64,000 nucleotides of DNA, taken from Candidatus Bathyarchaeota archaeon. Its GTDB lineage: Archaea > Thermoproteota > Bathyarchaeia > Bathyarchaeales > Bathycorpusculaceae. Both the position numbers and the translations under genes were made by a program. The stretch covers positions 32,001 through 96,000 of the forward strand of contig CAWHXY010000004.1 of NCBI GenBank assembly GCA_963833575.1, written 5' to 3'. Below, piece by piece: positions 43,091-54,183 of this stretch (position 1 is its first letter; each line of letters opens with the position of its first letter). The notes below the pieces were generated by a model. The model made no database searches and had not been told where the DNA came from. It was given only the letters and a program-made list of their open reading frames with translations.

Positions 43091-44497
43091 CTATTTGACC
43101 TCACTGGCAAATTTAGGATAGTACTTCTGAATATATTCAGGCTTTATGCTAGTTAATTCTTCGTCGGGTAACAATGAAAGCACATCCCAAGCAATTGAAA
43201 GTGTCTGTTCGATTGTGCGGTTCTCATTTTTACCCTGTTGGATAAGGGTTTTCTCGAAGGCTTCACCGAAGCGCAGGTATTCTTTGTCTCTTTGACCCAA
43301 ACCTTCCTCGCCGATAATGGTTACTAATGATTTCACTGAGTTGTATTGAGCATAAGCTGAATAAAGCTGGCTTGAAACGTTAGCGTGGTCTTCTCGTGTA
43401 CTATCTTTGCCGATTCCGTCTTTCATCAGTCGAGAAAGACTTGTAGATACGTAGATTGGCGGATAAATTCCCTGTTTCTCTAAAGAGCGAGACAAAACGA
43501 TTTGTCCCTCAGTAATGTATCCGGTGAGGTCAGGAATTGGATGAGTAATGTCGTCATTAGGCATTGTCAGAATTGGCATTTGTGTAATAGAGCCTTTTTT
43601 GCCATGGATTCTACCTGCCCGCTCATATATGCTTGCTAAGTCACTGTACATGTAACCTGGGTAACCTTTCCTGCTGGGTACTTCTTCCATCGAAGCACTA
43701 ACCTCTCGAAGAGCCTCACAATAGTTAGTCATGTCAGTCAAAATGACCAACACATGTGTATCTTGTTCATATGCCAGATACTCAGCTAAAGTCAAACCAG
43801 CTCTTGGAGTAATAATACGTTCCACTGGTGGGTCATCAGCCAAGTTGAGGAACATCGCAACGTTTTTTATTGCTCCAGTTTCCTCGAAGCTTTTACGGAA
43901 AAAGGCCGCATCATCGTGTTCTAAGCCCATTGCAATGAAAACTATAGAGAAGTCTTCCCCTCCACTGCGAATCTGCGCTTGCCTCACAATCTGGGCGGCA
44001 AGTTCATTATGCGCAAGACCCGGACCACTGAAAACAGGAAGTTTCTGTCCACGGACAAGACTAGTTAACCCATCAATAGCAGAAATGCCTGTTTGAATGA
44101 ATTCCTTGGGGTATTCTCGGGCTACAGGGTTCAGTGGGAAACCGTTGACATCGCGTTTTTCTTCTGTAAAGAAACGTGGGTGACCATCGATTGGTTCTCC
44201 GAAACTGTTCATAACGCGTCCAAGCATTTCTGTGGAAACTGGAACTTCTAATGGATGCCCAAGAAATCGCGTGCGTGTTTCTGAGGGCGATAAACCTGTC
44301 GTACCTTCGAAGACTTGTACGGTGACGGCTTTCTGTGTGATTTTGATAACTTTTCCCAAGCGTGTTTCGCCACTTTGAGTTTTAACTGCGACCAATTCAT
44401 CGTAGCCTACGCCCTGCACGTTTTCTACCACGATGATTGGACCAGAAATTGAAGCAACCCCTTTGTATTCCAATCTTGAGCTTGTTTTTGCTGCCAT
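43091..44497 (-). CDS. atpB: A/V-type ATP synthase subunit B
   Basis: [37 protein letters not shown]. Confidence 0.97.
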   Translation of the reverse strand: MAAKTSSRLEYKGVASISGPIIVVENVQGVGYDELVAVKTQSGETRLGKVIKITQKAVTVQVFEGTTGLSPSETRTRFLGHPLEVPVSTEMLGRVMNSFGEPIDGHPRFFTEEKRDVNGFPLNPVAREYPKEFIQTGISAIDGLTSLVRGQKLPVFSGPGLAHNELAAQIVRQAQIRSGGEDFSIVFIAMGLEHDDAAFFRKSFEETGAIKNVAMFLNLADDPPVERIITPRAGLTLAEYLAYEQDTHVLVILTDMTNYCEALREVSASMEEVPSRKGYPGYMYSDLASIYERAGRIHGKKGSITQMPILTMPNDDITHPIPDLTGYITEGQIVLSRSLEKQGIYPPIYVSTSLSRLMKDGIGKDSTREDHANVSSQLYSAYAQYNSVKSLVTIIGEEGLGQRDKEYLRFGEAFEKTLIQQGKNENRTIEQTLSIAWDVLSLLPDEELTSIKPEYIQKYYPKFASEVK

Positions 44498-44502
44498 AGT
44501 AA

Positions 44503-46272
44503 TTACCTCAATGTTGTCTCCAACACTGCGAAGTTTTCATACATTCGCTTTTCCAAATCATCTAACAACTCGCCTTTATCGTTGGGTATCGAAGTTTTCA
44601 TACGCATAATTTCCTCAGTAATTGGCAATTCTGCAACTTTGAATATTGGTGCACCCTTGCTTACCACGTTGTCTGCTAATCGGTGGTAATCCACGATTAT
44701 CTTCAACATCTTGAACTGCTTCTTCGGAGAACTGTACGTGTCGATGGCATCCAAAGCATTCTGCTGAAGGAAGGCAATGCGTATGATTCTGGCGGTTTCC
44801 AAAATTAAGCGTTGTTTGTCAGGTAAAGCTTCTGGACCAACGAGTTTTACAATGTTTTTAAGGTCATCTTCAGCCTGTAATATGCGCATGGCTTCTTCTC
44901 GGTAACTGTTCCAGTTTTTATCGACTTGTTTATGCCACCATTCTGCGAGGTCTTGGATATAGCCGCTGTAGCTTGCCATCCAGTTGATTGACGGATAATG
45001 TCTGGCAGCTGCAAGTTCAGCGTCTAATGCCCAGAAAACTCGGGTGAAACGTTTAGTATGTTGGGTAACGGGTTCAGAGAAGTCGCCTCCAGGAGGGGAA
45101 ACTGCTCCGATAGCGCAAATAGAACCAACACGTTTGTCTGAACCTAGGGTTTCGACGACGCCTGTGCGTTCGTAGAATTCAGCGAGACGTGAGGGCAGGT
45201 AACTTGGGAAGCCTTCTTCAGCAGGCATTTCTTCGAGCCGCCCGGATACTTCTCGGAGGGCTTCTGCCCATCTGCTTGTAGAGTCAGCCATCAAGGCTAC
45301 AGCGTACCCCATGTCGCGGAAATATTCTGCGAGGGTGATTCCAGTATAAATGCTGGCTTCTCGAGCAGAGACCGGCATGTTACTTGTGTTAGCGACAAGA
45401 ACTGTTCGCTCCATGAGCGGGTACCCTGATGTTGGATCGATTAATTTAGGAAAGCTATCTAGAACATCGACCATTTCGTTACCACGTTCTCCGCAACCAA
45501 CGTAAATGATAATGTTGGCATCTGACCACTTCGCCAATTGCTGCTGAGTTACAGTTTTTCCTGAGCCGAAGGGACCAGGGATAGATGCACTTCCTCCCTT
45601 AGCCACTGGGAAGAAAGTGTCGATAACACGTTGTCCAGTGATCAAAGGAGAAGTGGCAAACAGCCTTCGAGTGTGGGGACGGGGTTCTCTGACGGGCCAT
45701 TTCTGAAGCATGGGCAAGTCAATATCGGCTCCGTTTGATTCTATTGTAGCGATTGTTTCTGTAATTGTATAGTCGCCTTTCGGTGCAATCTTAGTCAGAT
45801 TGCCTTGAACATTAACTGGAACTAGTATGCGGTGCTCAAATAGGGCTGTTTCTTGCACCGTGCCAAGTATGTCGCCGCCTACAAGTTTAGCTCCAACTCT
45901 AGCTGTCGGTACAAAAGTCCATTTTTTATTTCTAGAAAGTGATGCCACTCCAGCTGCTTGCTTTATGAAAGCACCTGTTAGGTTTTTTAATTCTTCAAGG
46001 GGTCTTTGGATGCCGTCAAAGACGTTACCAACTATTCCTGGAGCTAATTCCACCGACAGGGGACTTCCTGTGCCCAAAACAGGTTCATCGAGTTTGAGCC
46101 CAGTGGTGTTTTGGTAAACTTGAATGGTCGCTTGTTCGCCCTCTAAACGGATAATTTCGCCGATTAAACGGTCGTTACCTACTTCGACCATTTCATGCAT
46201 GACTGCCTGTCCCATGCCTGTAGCCTCGACCACTGGTCCCGCAACGCTGATTACGCTTCCTTTAACGAGCAT
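44503..46272 (-). CDS. atpA: A/V-type ATP synthase subunit A
   Basis: [33 protein letters not shown]; no intein. Confidence 0.97.
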   Translation of the reverse strand: MLVKGSVISVAGPVVEATGMGQAVMHEMVEVGNDRLIGEIIRLEGEQATIQVYQNTTGLKLDEPVLGTGSPLSVELAPGIVGNVFDGIQRPLEELKNLTGAFIKQAAGVASLSRNKKWTFVPTARVGAKLVGGDILGTVQETALFEHRILVPVNVQGNLTKIAPKGDYTITETIATIESNGADIDLPMLQKWPVREPRPHTRRLFATSPLITGQRVIDTFFPVAKGGSASIPGPFGSGKTVTQQQLAKWSDANIIIYVGCGERGNEMVDVLDSFPKLIDPTSGYPLMERTVLVANTSNMPVSAREASIYTGITLAEYFRDMGYAVALMADSTSRWAEALREVSGRLEEMPAEEGFPSYLPSRLAEFYERTGVVETLGSDKRVGSICAIGAVSPPGGDFSEPVTQHTKRFTRVFWALDAELAAARHYPSINWMASYSGYIQDLAEWWHKQVDKNWNSYREEAMRILQAEDDLKNIVKLVGPEALPDKQRLILETARIIRIAFLQQNALDAIDTYSSPKKQFKMLKIIVDYHRLADNVVSKGAPIFKVAELPITEEIMRMKTSIPNDKGELLDDLEKRMYENFAVLETTLR

Positions 46273-46275
46273 TTT

Positions 46276-46896
46276 TTATACCGACTCTCCAAACAATGTT
46301 TTCGCTATTTCAACACGTAAAACTGGTTTAAGTTCTTCCAACCGATTATCCAAGGTAACATCAAAGATTATTTTTCCGTCTTCGGTTTGGATTATACATC
46401 CCCCAAGATAATCACTGGTTTTTTCGATTAGCCTAAATTCACAATGCAACTTCTTAGATAAACGTTTCAGAACATCCCGCGTTAACCATTCTTTATCTTT
46501 AGCGTTTACCTGAATTGCAAGGTCTTTTTTGCCGATCCTTTCAGCGGCGTTTTGTATAATCTTTAAGAGATAATCATGATAACCGTCAGTTTTTACAAAA
46601 TTTCTAAATTCAACCAAAGCTTTCTCGAAAACGGCATCAACTAAATCTTCTTTTGTCCGAAGCAAACGATTCCTCATTTCCACCTCAGTAACGGAAGCAA
46701 TTTTCCGCCTTTCAGCTTCTGTTTTTGACTTGGCTTGGGTGATTATCGCTGAGTAGTTTTGATCTGCTTGCTCTTTTGCTGCCTTCAAAATTTCTTTCGC
46801 TTCACTTTCCGCAGCTAGAATTGTGGCTTCTGCTTCTTTTTGCACATCGCCCACAACTTCTTTAGCAATCGCTGAAACACCATTTTTAACGCTCAT
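46276..46896 (-). CDS. atpE: A/V-type ATP synthase subunit E
   Basis: N-terminal coiled coil, LGG.I...DG.I..D.T. Confidence 0.9.
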   Translation of the reverse strand: MSVKNGVSAIAKEVVGDVQKEAEATILAAESEAKEILKAAKEQADQNYSAIITQAKSKTEAERRKIASVTEVEMRNRLLRTKEDLVDAVFEKALVEFRNFVKTDGYHDYLLKIIQNAAERIGKKDLAIQVNAKDKEWLTRDVLKRLSKKLHCEFRLIEKTSDYLGGCIIQTEDGKIIFDVTLDNRLEELKPVLRVEIAKTLFGESV

Positions 46897-46908
46897 ATTA
46901 ATTCACCG

Positions 46909-47217
46909 TTACATTTTGATGCCTAATATTTTACTCACAATATCGGATAATGCCATTTTATTTGCGGGACCCTTGCTTCCAGGAATCTCCACGATTAGGG
47001 GGGTGACTCGTTCCTGACGCAATTTATCTACTTCTTGCCGCATGGAGGGATCCGATGAGAAGGCTTCGCTAATAATTATCACACCAATATCGCTTCGTGT
47101 GAGAGCTTTAAGTAGTGCCTGTCGAGCTTCATCACTTGTGGACGCTTCGACGCCTTCAACACCAACTAGTCTAAAGCCAGTAATCATATCACTGTCTCCA
47201 ATTACGAAGCCAATCAT
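46909..47217 (-). CDS. atpF: A/V-type ATP synthase subunit F
   Basis: VIGDSDMITGFRLVGV, PLIVEIP; start MIGFV at 47217. Confidence 0.92.
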   Translation of the reverse strand: MIGFVIGDSDMITGFRLVGVEGVEASTSDEARQALLKALTRSDIGVIIISEAFSSDPSMRQEVDKLRQERVTPLIVEIPGSKGPANKMALSDIVSKILGIKM

Positions 47218-47273
47218 GTCATCGCCAAATATAACTTTAAATGTCTGCTGGTAAATCAAACATTCTGTTAAAA

Positions 47274-49310
47274 ATGTTGCGACCAGAAAGAATGACCTCT
47301 ACATCAATAATCTGCGTTAAAAAAGACGTAGAGCCGATTTTGGAAGCATTGAGTAACTTCGGAGAATTCCATATAGAACAGACGACTCAAGACAACGCAG
47401 GTTTAACTGAGTATAACGAGAGCATCCAGAAGATCGAAGGATCTCTTGCAGATGTAAACATATTGATTAATCAGATTGTAAAAGAAAAATCAAGTCTCCT
47501 TAGCATTTTCCAATTAACGCAACCGACAATAACTCAGGTTACAGCCGAGAATTGGCACGCCTTATTGGAAGCTACCAGCCAAAAAATTTCAACCCTGAAA
47601 AAAGAAGTAGACAGCCTCAATGAAGCCCTTTCGTTCAATCAAGAAAAAACTGAACAACTCAATCACATCAAAAGCATGTTGGAAAGGCTCACCATAATGG
47701 AAGTAGACCTTGTTGCTATGGAAGATTTGAAGTTAATTTATGTTGCAGTTGCAAGTGTACCGACCAAAAACTTTTCCGGGTTAGAAACAGCCCTTGAAGG
47801 ATTCCCAATTTTTATTAATCGTTGCTCCATAAGCAAAGAAGTAACTTTTGCGTGTTTAGCCCTTCCCGTCAAATATCAAGCAGACACTGAGAAAATCCTG
47901 AGGACATATCATGCTGAAGTCTTTCATATTCCCAAAGAGTTACCACACGATGTAACTGAAGCACTAAAAGAAGTTAACAAGCAACTAAAAGAAAACGCAG
48001 GCAAAGAAAAAGGTCTGTGTGATTCACTCAATAAATTAGGTGAGGAAAACAAAAATAATCTTGAATCTTTGAAGGAAACTTCAGAAAACATTCTCACCCT
48101 TTTGCAGGCTGAAAGAAAAATATTACAGTCAGGTCGGCTTGCAACTGTTAAAGGATTCGTGCCACAAAAAAAATTCAAAGAACTCAACGAAAAAGTTACT
48201 GGCATGCTCGACGGAAAAGTTATAGTTTTGAAAAATGAAGTGGCTGTGTCTGCAGATCCCCCTACCAAAATTAGCCACAGCTGGTTCATCAGTCCCTTTG
48301 AAGAACTCACTAAACTTTACGGTTTGCCACACTACAATGAGTTAGACCCGACATCATTGATGGCGATCAGTTTCCCTATTCTTTTCGGGTTAATGTTTGG
48401 CGACATGGGTCATGGATTAATTCTGCTGGTCGGTGGATTGGCAATGTTTTTCCTAATTAAGAAAAACGATGGAATAAGAAATGTCTGTTGGATAATGGCG
48501 ACCTGTGGAGCAGCTGCCATAGTCGCGGGAGCGCTCTACGGCGAGTTTTTCGGCAAGGCATTGTTTCCGGCTTTATGGTTCGACCCTTTTAGCCCAACCA
48601 CTAACGTATTCAGCTTCTTAATCTTCGCACTAGTAATAGGCGTCATACAAATCTTAAGCGGATTAGTGTTGGAGATGGCGAATTTTACGATCCAGCGTGA
48701 TTTCGTTAATGCCATTTTCTTCTCAGTTCCCAGAATAGCATTTTACGTATGTTCAGTTTTGCTCATCGTAATTTATAAGTTAAATATCGCGGTATGGTTT
48801 TCAGGCCCTGTATTGCTGATTGTAATTCCGTTTATTTTAATGGTTATTGCGAAGCCAACTTTTATTGCGTTTTCGCATCTTTCATTTCGATCCATTGAAA
48901 CCCAAGGTGAAGAGGAGTTGGCGTCTCAAGCCCACGAAGGCTCCTTTGGCCAAAGCCTTTTTGAAGGGGGAGACTTCATGACCCGTTTGCTCAGTAACAC
49001 TATCTCCTATAGTCGTATTCTTGCTTTACTTATGGCGCACTGGGCCTTACTTCTCGTGACATATACCGTAGCCAATTTGATTGGTTTTTCTTCAATCGTT
49101 AGCTTGATTATCAGTTGTATAGTCATAGTTGGTGGGAACATCTTCGTGATTGCGCTTGAAGGATTAATTGTTTTCATCCACACGTTAAGACTACACTTTT
49201 ACGAGTGGTTCAGCAAGTTCTACAAAGGTACAGGAAAAGAGTTCAACCCGTTTAAACAAAAATTCACACACACTGATGTTGTGCTCAAACGGAAAAAAGA
49301 CTCTAAATAA
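47274..49310 (+). CDS. atpI: A/V-type ATP synthase subunit I (a), opposite orientation to the rest of the cluster
   Basis: MLRPERM, PPT, YGLP.Y.E.DPT, MFGDMGHG, SYSRILAL, HTLRLHFYEWFSKFY. Confidence 0.95.
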   Translation: MLRPERMTSTSIICVKKDVEPILEALSNFGEFHIEQTTQDNAGLTEYNESIQKIEGSLADVNILINQIVKEKSSLLSIFQLTQPTITQVTAENWHALLEATSQKISTLKKEVDSLNEALSFNQEKTEQLNHIKSMLERLTIMEVDLVAMEDLKLIYVAVASVPTKNFSGLETALEGFPIFINRCSISKEVTFACLALPVKYQADTEKILRTYHAEVFHIPKELPHDVTEALKEVNKQLKENAGKEKGLCDSLNKLGEENKNNLESLKETSENILTLLQAERKILQSGRLATVKGFVPQKKFKELNEKVTGMLDGKVIVLKNEVAVSADPPTKISHSWFISPFEELTKLYGLPHYNELDPTSLMAISFPILFGLMFGDMGHGLILLVGGLAMFFLIKKNDGIRNVCWIMATCGAAAIVAGALYGEFFGKALFPALWFDPFSPTTNVFSFLIFALVIGVIQILSGLVLEMANFTIQRDFVNAIFFSVPRIAFYVCSVLLIVIYKLNIAVWFSGPVLLIVIPFILMVIAKPTFIAFSHLSFRSIETQGEEELASQAHEGSFGQSLFEGGDFMTRLLSNTISYSRILALLMAHWALLLVTYTVANLIGFSSIVSLIISCIVIVGGNIFVIALEGLIVFIHTLRLHFYEWFSKFYKGTGKEFNPFKQKFTHTDVVLKRKKDSK

Positions 49311-49330
49311 GTGGAAAAAACCAAAAACTT

Positions 49331-50383
49331 CTAAATTAAAAGTTGGTTCCGAATTTCTTCAGGCTTCATCGCAGAATCGACTGCCAAACTCAAAATCGTA
49401 AGGTTGTAGACTTCCGTTTCCTTCTGTGTCATGAAGGCAAGAGGTGAACCAATGTTAAAAGTTTCACTAATTGCGCTTGACTTAGCATGTTGATTCACCG
49501 CCTTCTTGAAGGCTTTTGCAGCGGTTGATATTGTTTCCTCAGGATTTTGTGCTTTTACAAAGAATTTTGCGTAGTAACTGTCGAGAACGATTTTAAGTGC
49601 CGCTTCAAAATCAACTGCAGTTACTAAAGCCTCCATTGTTGATTTGTTTAGGTTGAAGTAGTTTTGAGGAATTACAAGCCGCAGCCAATTGGGTTCGTAG
49701 TTTAACGCTTTGCCCCTCAGCAAAGTAACCAATGCGAAGCTGTCGTTTTCTATACTTGCGTAAAAGTTTGCGTAAAGCTGCTCTTTTTTTCTAAGGCTTT
49801 TGTAGCTATCGTAAAGTTTTTCGTAAAAAAACTTGTCTAAAAATACATCAAAAGATGAGGTAGAGGCGTTTTCTTCATAATTTTTAAGCCCCATATTCAA
49901 AGATGAAAAATACTCTGTACCCTTTAAGGCATGAATTATTTGGGTTGGAGTAGAAGCTTTGACGGCTTCCTCCACGACTGCACGTCTCTTAAGATAATCT
50001 TCCACAGAAAAGAAGATTTTTGCTAATTTTTGTTCAGAAGTCAGTTTGGCGCTGGTTGCTTTCATAAGCGCCTTTAAATGCTCAATTTCGAATCGTAAAA
50101 GATACAAACTTAGATATTTTCCTGCTTTTTTAGGAGAATACTTTATTATTTTTATATAAGAGTCGATGAGGTTTTCGTTAAATGCTCTTTCAAGCTTTCG
50201 GCTTGTAAGTGGAAGAGACAATTTGGAGATTTGTTCCTGATAGCTTGTATCTCGAAGTTGAGCAGCAAATTCACTGAGGCTTTTGTTTTCTGCGAGCGCC
50301 TTAAGTTTAGCCTCACTGAGGAGTTTGCTTCTTTCCGCGCCTATTTTAGCTAGAACAGAAGCATAATGCGTTGTCTGATTCAA
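49331..50383 (-). CDS. atpC: A/V-type ATP synthase subunit C (d)
   Basis: 350 aa; YA...AKI...RSKLL, E..NL; operon context. Confidence 0.85.
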   Translation of the reverse strand: MNQTTHYASVLAKIGAERSKLLSEAKLKALAENKSLSEFAAQLRDTSYQEQISKLSLPLTSRKLERAFNENLIDSYIKIIKYSPKKAGKYLSLYLLRFEIEHLKALMKATSAKLTSEQKLAKIFFSVEDYLKRRAVVEEAVKASTPTQIIHALKGTEYFSSLNMGLKNYEENASTSSFDVFLDKFFYEKLYDSYKSLRKKEQLYANFYASIENDSFALVTLLRGKALNYEPNWLRLVIPQNYFNLNKSTMEALVTAVDFEAALKIVLDSYYAKFFVKAQNPEETISTAAKAFKKAVNQHAKSSAISETFNIGSPLAFMTQKETEVYNLTILSLAVDSAMKPEEIRNQLLI

Positions 50384-50700
50384 ATTTTAGTGTCCTCTAG
50401 TACGGCCTTAACAACTACTAAAACCGCTTTATCCATGTGTTTTTCAGCCTTTGATTTCAGGTTCCCGGCGGCTGCCTCATTCGCTTTTAGATGTTCATCC
50501 CGTTCCAGATTAGCTTCCTCTGTAGCTTTCGCGTAACGCTTCTGTGACTCAGCTTCGGCGTAAGTTTTGCTGTTTTCGACCAGTTTTTCCGCATCCTGCT
50601 TTGCGAGAAGAACCATTTTTTTTGCCCTTTCTTGTGCATCGCTTTGAATTTGCTCTGCTTGGGCTTCGATCTTTTTTAATTCATCCCAAACTTTTTCCAT
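50380..50700 (-). CDS. atpH: A/V-type ATP synthase subunit H (G)
   Basis: Ala/Glu/Lys coiled coil; overlaps the atpC start. Confidence 0.75.
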   Translation of the reverse strand: MEKVWDELKKIEAQAEQIQSDAQERAKKMVLLAKQDAEKLVENSKTYAEAESQKRYAKATEEANLERDEHLKANEAAAGNLKSKAEKHMDKAVLVVVKAVLEDTKI

Positions 50701-50850
50701 CGTTCCACAGGCGTTATAGGGTTTGTAGAGTCTTTAAAGTTTCTTTTGGTTCTTTAAACAAGAAAAAGCTCAACTGCGAGTGAATATATCACTTATAGAT
50801 ATGCAAAAGAATAGAATCGTTATCAATTTTTTTGTTTTCGTGATTTCTGG

Positions 50851-50920
50851 TTGACGTTTGTTGACTACCCTTGACGAATATTGACGACTGTTGACGTCTA
50901 TTGACGAATGTTAACGCAAC
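50851..50920. repeat. 10-bp-period array of TTGAC(G) (7 units)
   Basis: TTGACgtttg TTGACtaccc TTGACgaata TTGACgactg TTGACgtcta TTGACgaatg TTAACgcaac. Confidence 0.9.
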
Positions 50921-51086
50921 CTGCAAACGATTCAAACCCTAAAACAAAAAAGCAATTCAAACCCGCTTGATCAAAAATGGCAATTCCAACTGTTGTTGTT
51001 CTTCTTAAGAGTTAAAGGAAATTCGTTTTATCCAGCATTCGCTGCCAAAATGTTATGCTTCTTAATAAAATGCTATTGAATATTCA

Positions 51087-52253
51087 TCATTTTTGCGATG
51101 TTGCGGAAGCGATCACATGTGCTGCAGTATCTGAATCAATCTTTCCCGTGTTCAAAACCAAGTCATAAAGCTCTGGATCTTCCCAATCGATGTTGTAAAA
51201 TCTTCGCAGATATTCAGCTGTAGCTTGATCATTGTCTTTAATCAATTTTAAAGCATCTTCCCGATTCAATCCTCTGCTCTTCATGATTCTTTCAACCCTT
51301 AAGGCTACAGGAGAAATAATTCTCACATGAAGTACGCCTGCTTTATGCTTCAATATTGCTTGACCACCTCGTCCGACAATAACCGTTTTTCCTCTGGTAG
51401 CCAAACTATTGATAACGGCTTGTATCGAAGAAAGGCATTCTTCCTCGTCAAGTGTTTTCCTGATTACGGCACTATCTTTCAAGCTACTAGATACAGCTAC
51501 AGGTTTTTTGCGAAGGAAAATCTTATCCACGAAGCTTTTAACTTTGTAATCATCTTCAGAAAAATCCGCAATATCTTCCTCAGAAATACCAAGGCTTTTA
51601 GCCTCACTTAACATCAAACCTTTATCGAAGTAAGCATAACCAAGAATCTGGCTGACCTTAACGGCAATTTCGGCTCCTCCGCTACCTTCCTGCCTCGAAA
51701 TTGTTATGACGGAGGGTGCGATCTTTGCCTCTTGCTCCTCTGGCACGTTATGTTCTAAGACCTTTTTTATCTCCTCATACTTTGGTTCGTCAGTTGGATT
51801 ATCAGAAACCCATGTGTAACGAATAATGCCTTTTTCGTCTAGGATAAAGATAGAGCGTTTAGCAATAGGGTAACACCCACTTCCCCAACAACAGGCAACA
51901 AATTGACCCTGACGTCCAGCGTAATCAGTCACCTCCAACCCATATGTTTCAAGGACTTCGCGTTTGTGATCGCTCAGTATTGGGAAGGGTAACTTGTTCT
52001 TAACAGCAAGAACTTTATTTGAAATCGGGACATTTACGTCAATTCCGACAATTTGAGCCTTTAGATCAATCAACCGAGCCATCGAATCGCGAAAAACACA
52101 TATCTCTTTAGTACATTCTGAAGTGAAAGCTCCAACGAAGAAAACTAATACAACTTTTTGTCCTAAAAACTCCCTTAAACTTCTGGTTCTATTATCCACG
52201 TCGGTCAAAATGAAATCAGGGGCCTTATCTCCAACTTTAACTCGATTCACCAT
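51087..52253 (-). CDS. Peroxiredoxin (BCP/PrxQ-like) fused to cytidylate-kinase-like domain
   Basis: VGDKAPDF, AFTSECTKEIC, FPILSD; then ITISRQEGSGG, VIVGRGG, YDLVLNT. Confidence 0.85.
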   Translation of the reverse strand: MVNRVKVGDKAPDFILTDVDNRTRSLREFLGQKVVLVFFVGAFTSECTKEICVFRDSMARLIDLKAQIVGIDVNVPISNKVLAVKNKLPFPILSDHKREVLETYGLEVTDYAGRQGQFVACCWGSGCYPIAKRSIFILDEKGIIRYTWVSDNPTDEPKYEEIKKVLEHNVPEEQEAKIAPSVITISRQEGSGGAEIAVKVSQILGYAYFDKGLMLSEAKSLGISEEDIADFSEDDYKVKSFVDKIFLRKKPVAVSSSLKDSAVIRKTLDEEECLSSIQAVINSLATRGKTVIVGRGGQAILKHKAGVLHVRIISPVALRVERIMKSRGLNREDALKLIKDNDQATAEYLRRFYNIDWEDPELYDLVLNTGKIDSDTAAHVIASATSQK

Positions 52254-52340
52254 AAAAATCAGTCCCTAATAGAAAAAGAAGAGAGTGCTTGCATAAATAG
52301 CTAATGCCTAGCTCATGTTTCAATTCCAAAAAGAAGGGGG

Positions 52341-52838
52341 CTACTCTGTCTCGGCCGTTCCATGCCATCTTCTTTCTAAGTAAAGAATCAGACTGAAAAG
52401 ACCCCGACTGAAAATTACCAAAATAAGCAATTCGAAATCTGAAAAAGTTCTAGTAGCCACTGTACGAATGATTTCTGCCCCAATAAAAAAGTTCAGACTT
52501 AACGTTAAGTACCCTGATAAATAACGCGTTGAAGATGACGCCTGATAAGGATCTTTAAGCTTAAATTGAATAAATCGGATAATTACCAACAACGCACCAA
52601 AGGTGATCACACCGCCACCGAAAAGATAGAGAGCATCGGCGGCTATTGTTAGAACAACAAATATCGCATCGTAAATTACACCACCTGAAGTGTAGGTATT
52701 TCCAGCAAGCATATTGATGAATCCTGGATAAACAAAACTCAAAAAAGCGCAAAAAACGGCGACAACAATTATCATTGATATTAATATCAATGTTAATGAA
52801 TTTGGTCCCTGCTTTTTTTCATATTGGCTTTCAGCCAT
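52341..52838 (-). CDS. DUF1622-like membrane protein
   Basis: L.LSL.F.IGAEIIRTV...L..L...R..FS..L..E pattern. Confidence 0.7.
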   Translation of the reverse strand: MAESQYEKKQGPNSLTLILISMIIVVAVFCAFLSFVYPGFINMLAGNTYTSGGVIYDAIFVVLTIAADALYLFGGGVITFGALLVIIRFIQFKLKDPYQASSSTRYLSGYLTLSLNFFIGAEIIRTVATRTFSDFELLILVIFSRGLFSLILYLERRWHGTAETE

Positions 52839-53150
52839 AAAATCTGAACAACCTAATCTTTACTCGTAAATTCAGGTAAGTTCACTTAATAATTGAGTTA
52901 ACAGTTGCTTATTTAGCCTACGCAACATTTTGTCATGTAATATAGAAATGTTTTTGTTCCTTAACTTTTACGAATTCACTGTTTAGGCTTTTCAAGAAAA
53001 AACTGCTCAGGTCAATTGTCTCCAAGATGTTTATGACGGGGCAAGCTAATAGGTTGTTCGAGGCTACATATTTTTTACAAATTATTGCTACATCTTCATT
53101 TTTTTGGTGGTGAATTGGGAAAAGGCATTTAAAAAGGAACAATAACCTAA

Positions 53151-54140
53151 TTGAAAGCAGTACAGGACGACAAGAAAATGGTCAAGAGAAAAGAAGAGAA
53201 CCCAGCTCTCAAAATCGAAAAATTGAAAATCGATTTGAGCTTTGACTATCACTCTTCACGCTTCTTCTCTCTTCTTTTCTCAGCAATTTATGCGATTGCC
53301 ATAACAATTTTCTGCATCGAATACAAAATTATCCCAGGACCTGAATTCCTTGTTCTAGGCATTCTATTTTACGCTGCATACAATCAACGCACATGGCGTG
53401 CCTTAAAGGATTGGCTCCCATTCGTCACAGTATTCCTTTCTTATGAAATAATGTACAGCTTTGTAGGCACGGTTTCCCTGTATAATCTTCATGCTGGACC
53501 ACAGAATATGGATCTACAAATCTTCGGTCAGCTTCCAACTTTGATTCTGCAACAAAATTTCAGATTTCCCGCATTAGATTACATGGGAGCTGTTTTCTAC
53601 GGAATATATTTCTTTGTTCCAACTGTTTTCGCATTTGTCATTTGGAGAAAAAGCCCCAGTAACTATTGGAAATACACAGTAGCCTTCGGCGTACTAACGT
53701 ACAGCGCCTTGATAACTTTCCTCTTTTATCCTGTCGCGCCTCCGTGGATTGCGGTTCCCAACGTGACAAGAATATTAACTGGATCAGTTGATGTTCATCT
53801 TGGCCTTCCCGTGTACAAAACATTGTTCGATTTTCTAGGCGGAAACCTATATGCAGCCTTCCCCAGTATGCATTCAGCTATGCCTTGGCTAGTTTTCCTT
53901 TTTGCATTCAAAATCTGGAAGTGGAAAAGCCTTCCTGTAGCAATAATTCCAATTGGAACATGGTTTAGTGCAGTTTACTTAGGTGAGCATTATTTTACAG
54001 ATGTTTTGGGCGGGATTGCTTACGCTACAATCGCGTTTATCGCAGTTGAGAAACTGTTGCCTGCGTTGTCTGCAAGAAGTGGCTTTTTGAGGAAACATGT
54101 CCCAACCGAAAAGCCATCAATTGCTAAAGCAAGTGAGTAA
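53151..54140 (+). CDS. PAP2 family / inositol phosphorylceramide synthase-like membrane enzyme
   Basis: YPVAPPW, AAFPSMH, YLGEHYFTD. Confidence 0.88.
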   Translation: MKAVQDDKKMVKRKEENPALKIEKLKIDLSFDYHSSRFFSLLFSAIYAIAITIFCIEYKIIPGPEFLVLGILFYAAYNQRTWRALKDWLPFVTVFLSYEIMYSFVGTVSLYNLHAGPQNMDLQIFGQLPTLILQQNFRFPALDYMGAVFYGIYFFVPTVFAFVIWRKSPSNYWKYTVAFGVLTYSALITFLFYPVAPPWIAVPNVTRILTGSVDVHLGLPVYKTLFDFLGGNLYAAFPSMHSAMPWLVFLFAFKIWKWKSLPVAIIPIGTWFSAVYLGEHYFTDVLGGIAYATIAFIAVEKLLPALSARSGFLRKHVPTEKPSIAKASE

Positions 54141-54183
54141 AATTCTTTCCCTATTATATTTAGTATCTTTAAGTTTTGGTAAG

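Noticed and set aside
47218-49330. Invertible (phase-variable) atpI segment
   Set aside because: No flanking inverted repeats or recombinase visible
50851-50920. CRISPR-like array
   Set aside because: The unit is only 10 bp with 5-bp spacers and no cas genes are present; kept as a phased motif array
52933-53142. 69-aa ORF
   Set aside because: AT-rich intergenic/promoter region with no recognisable features
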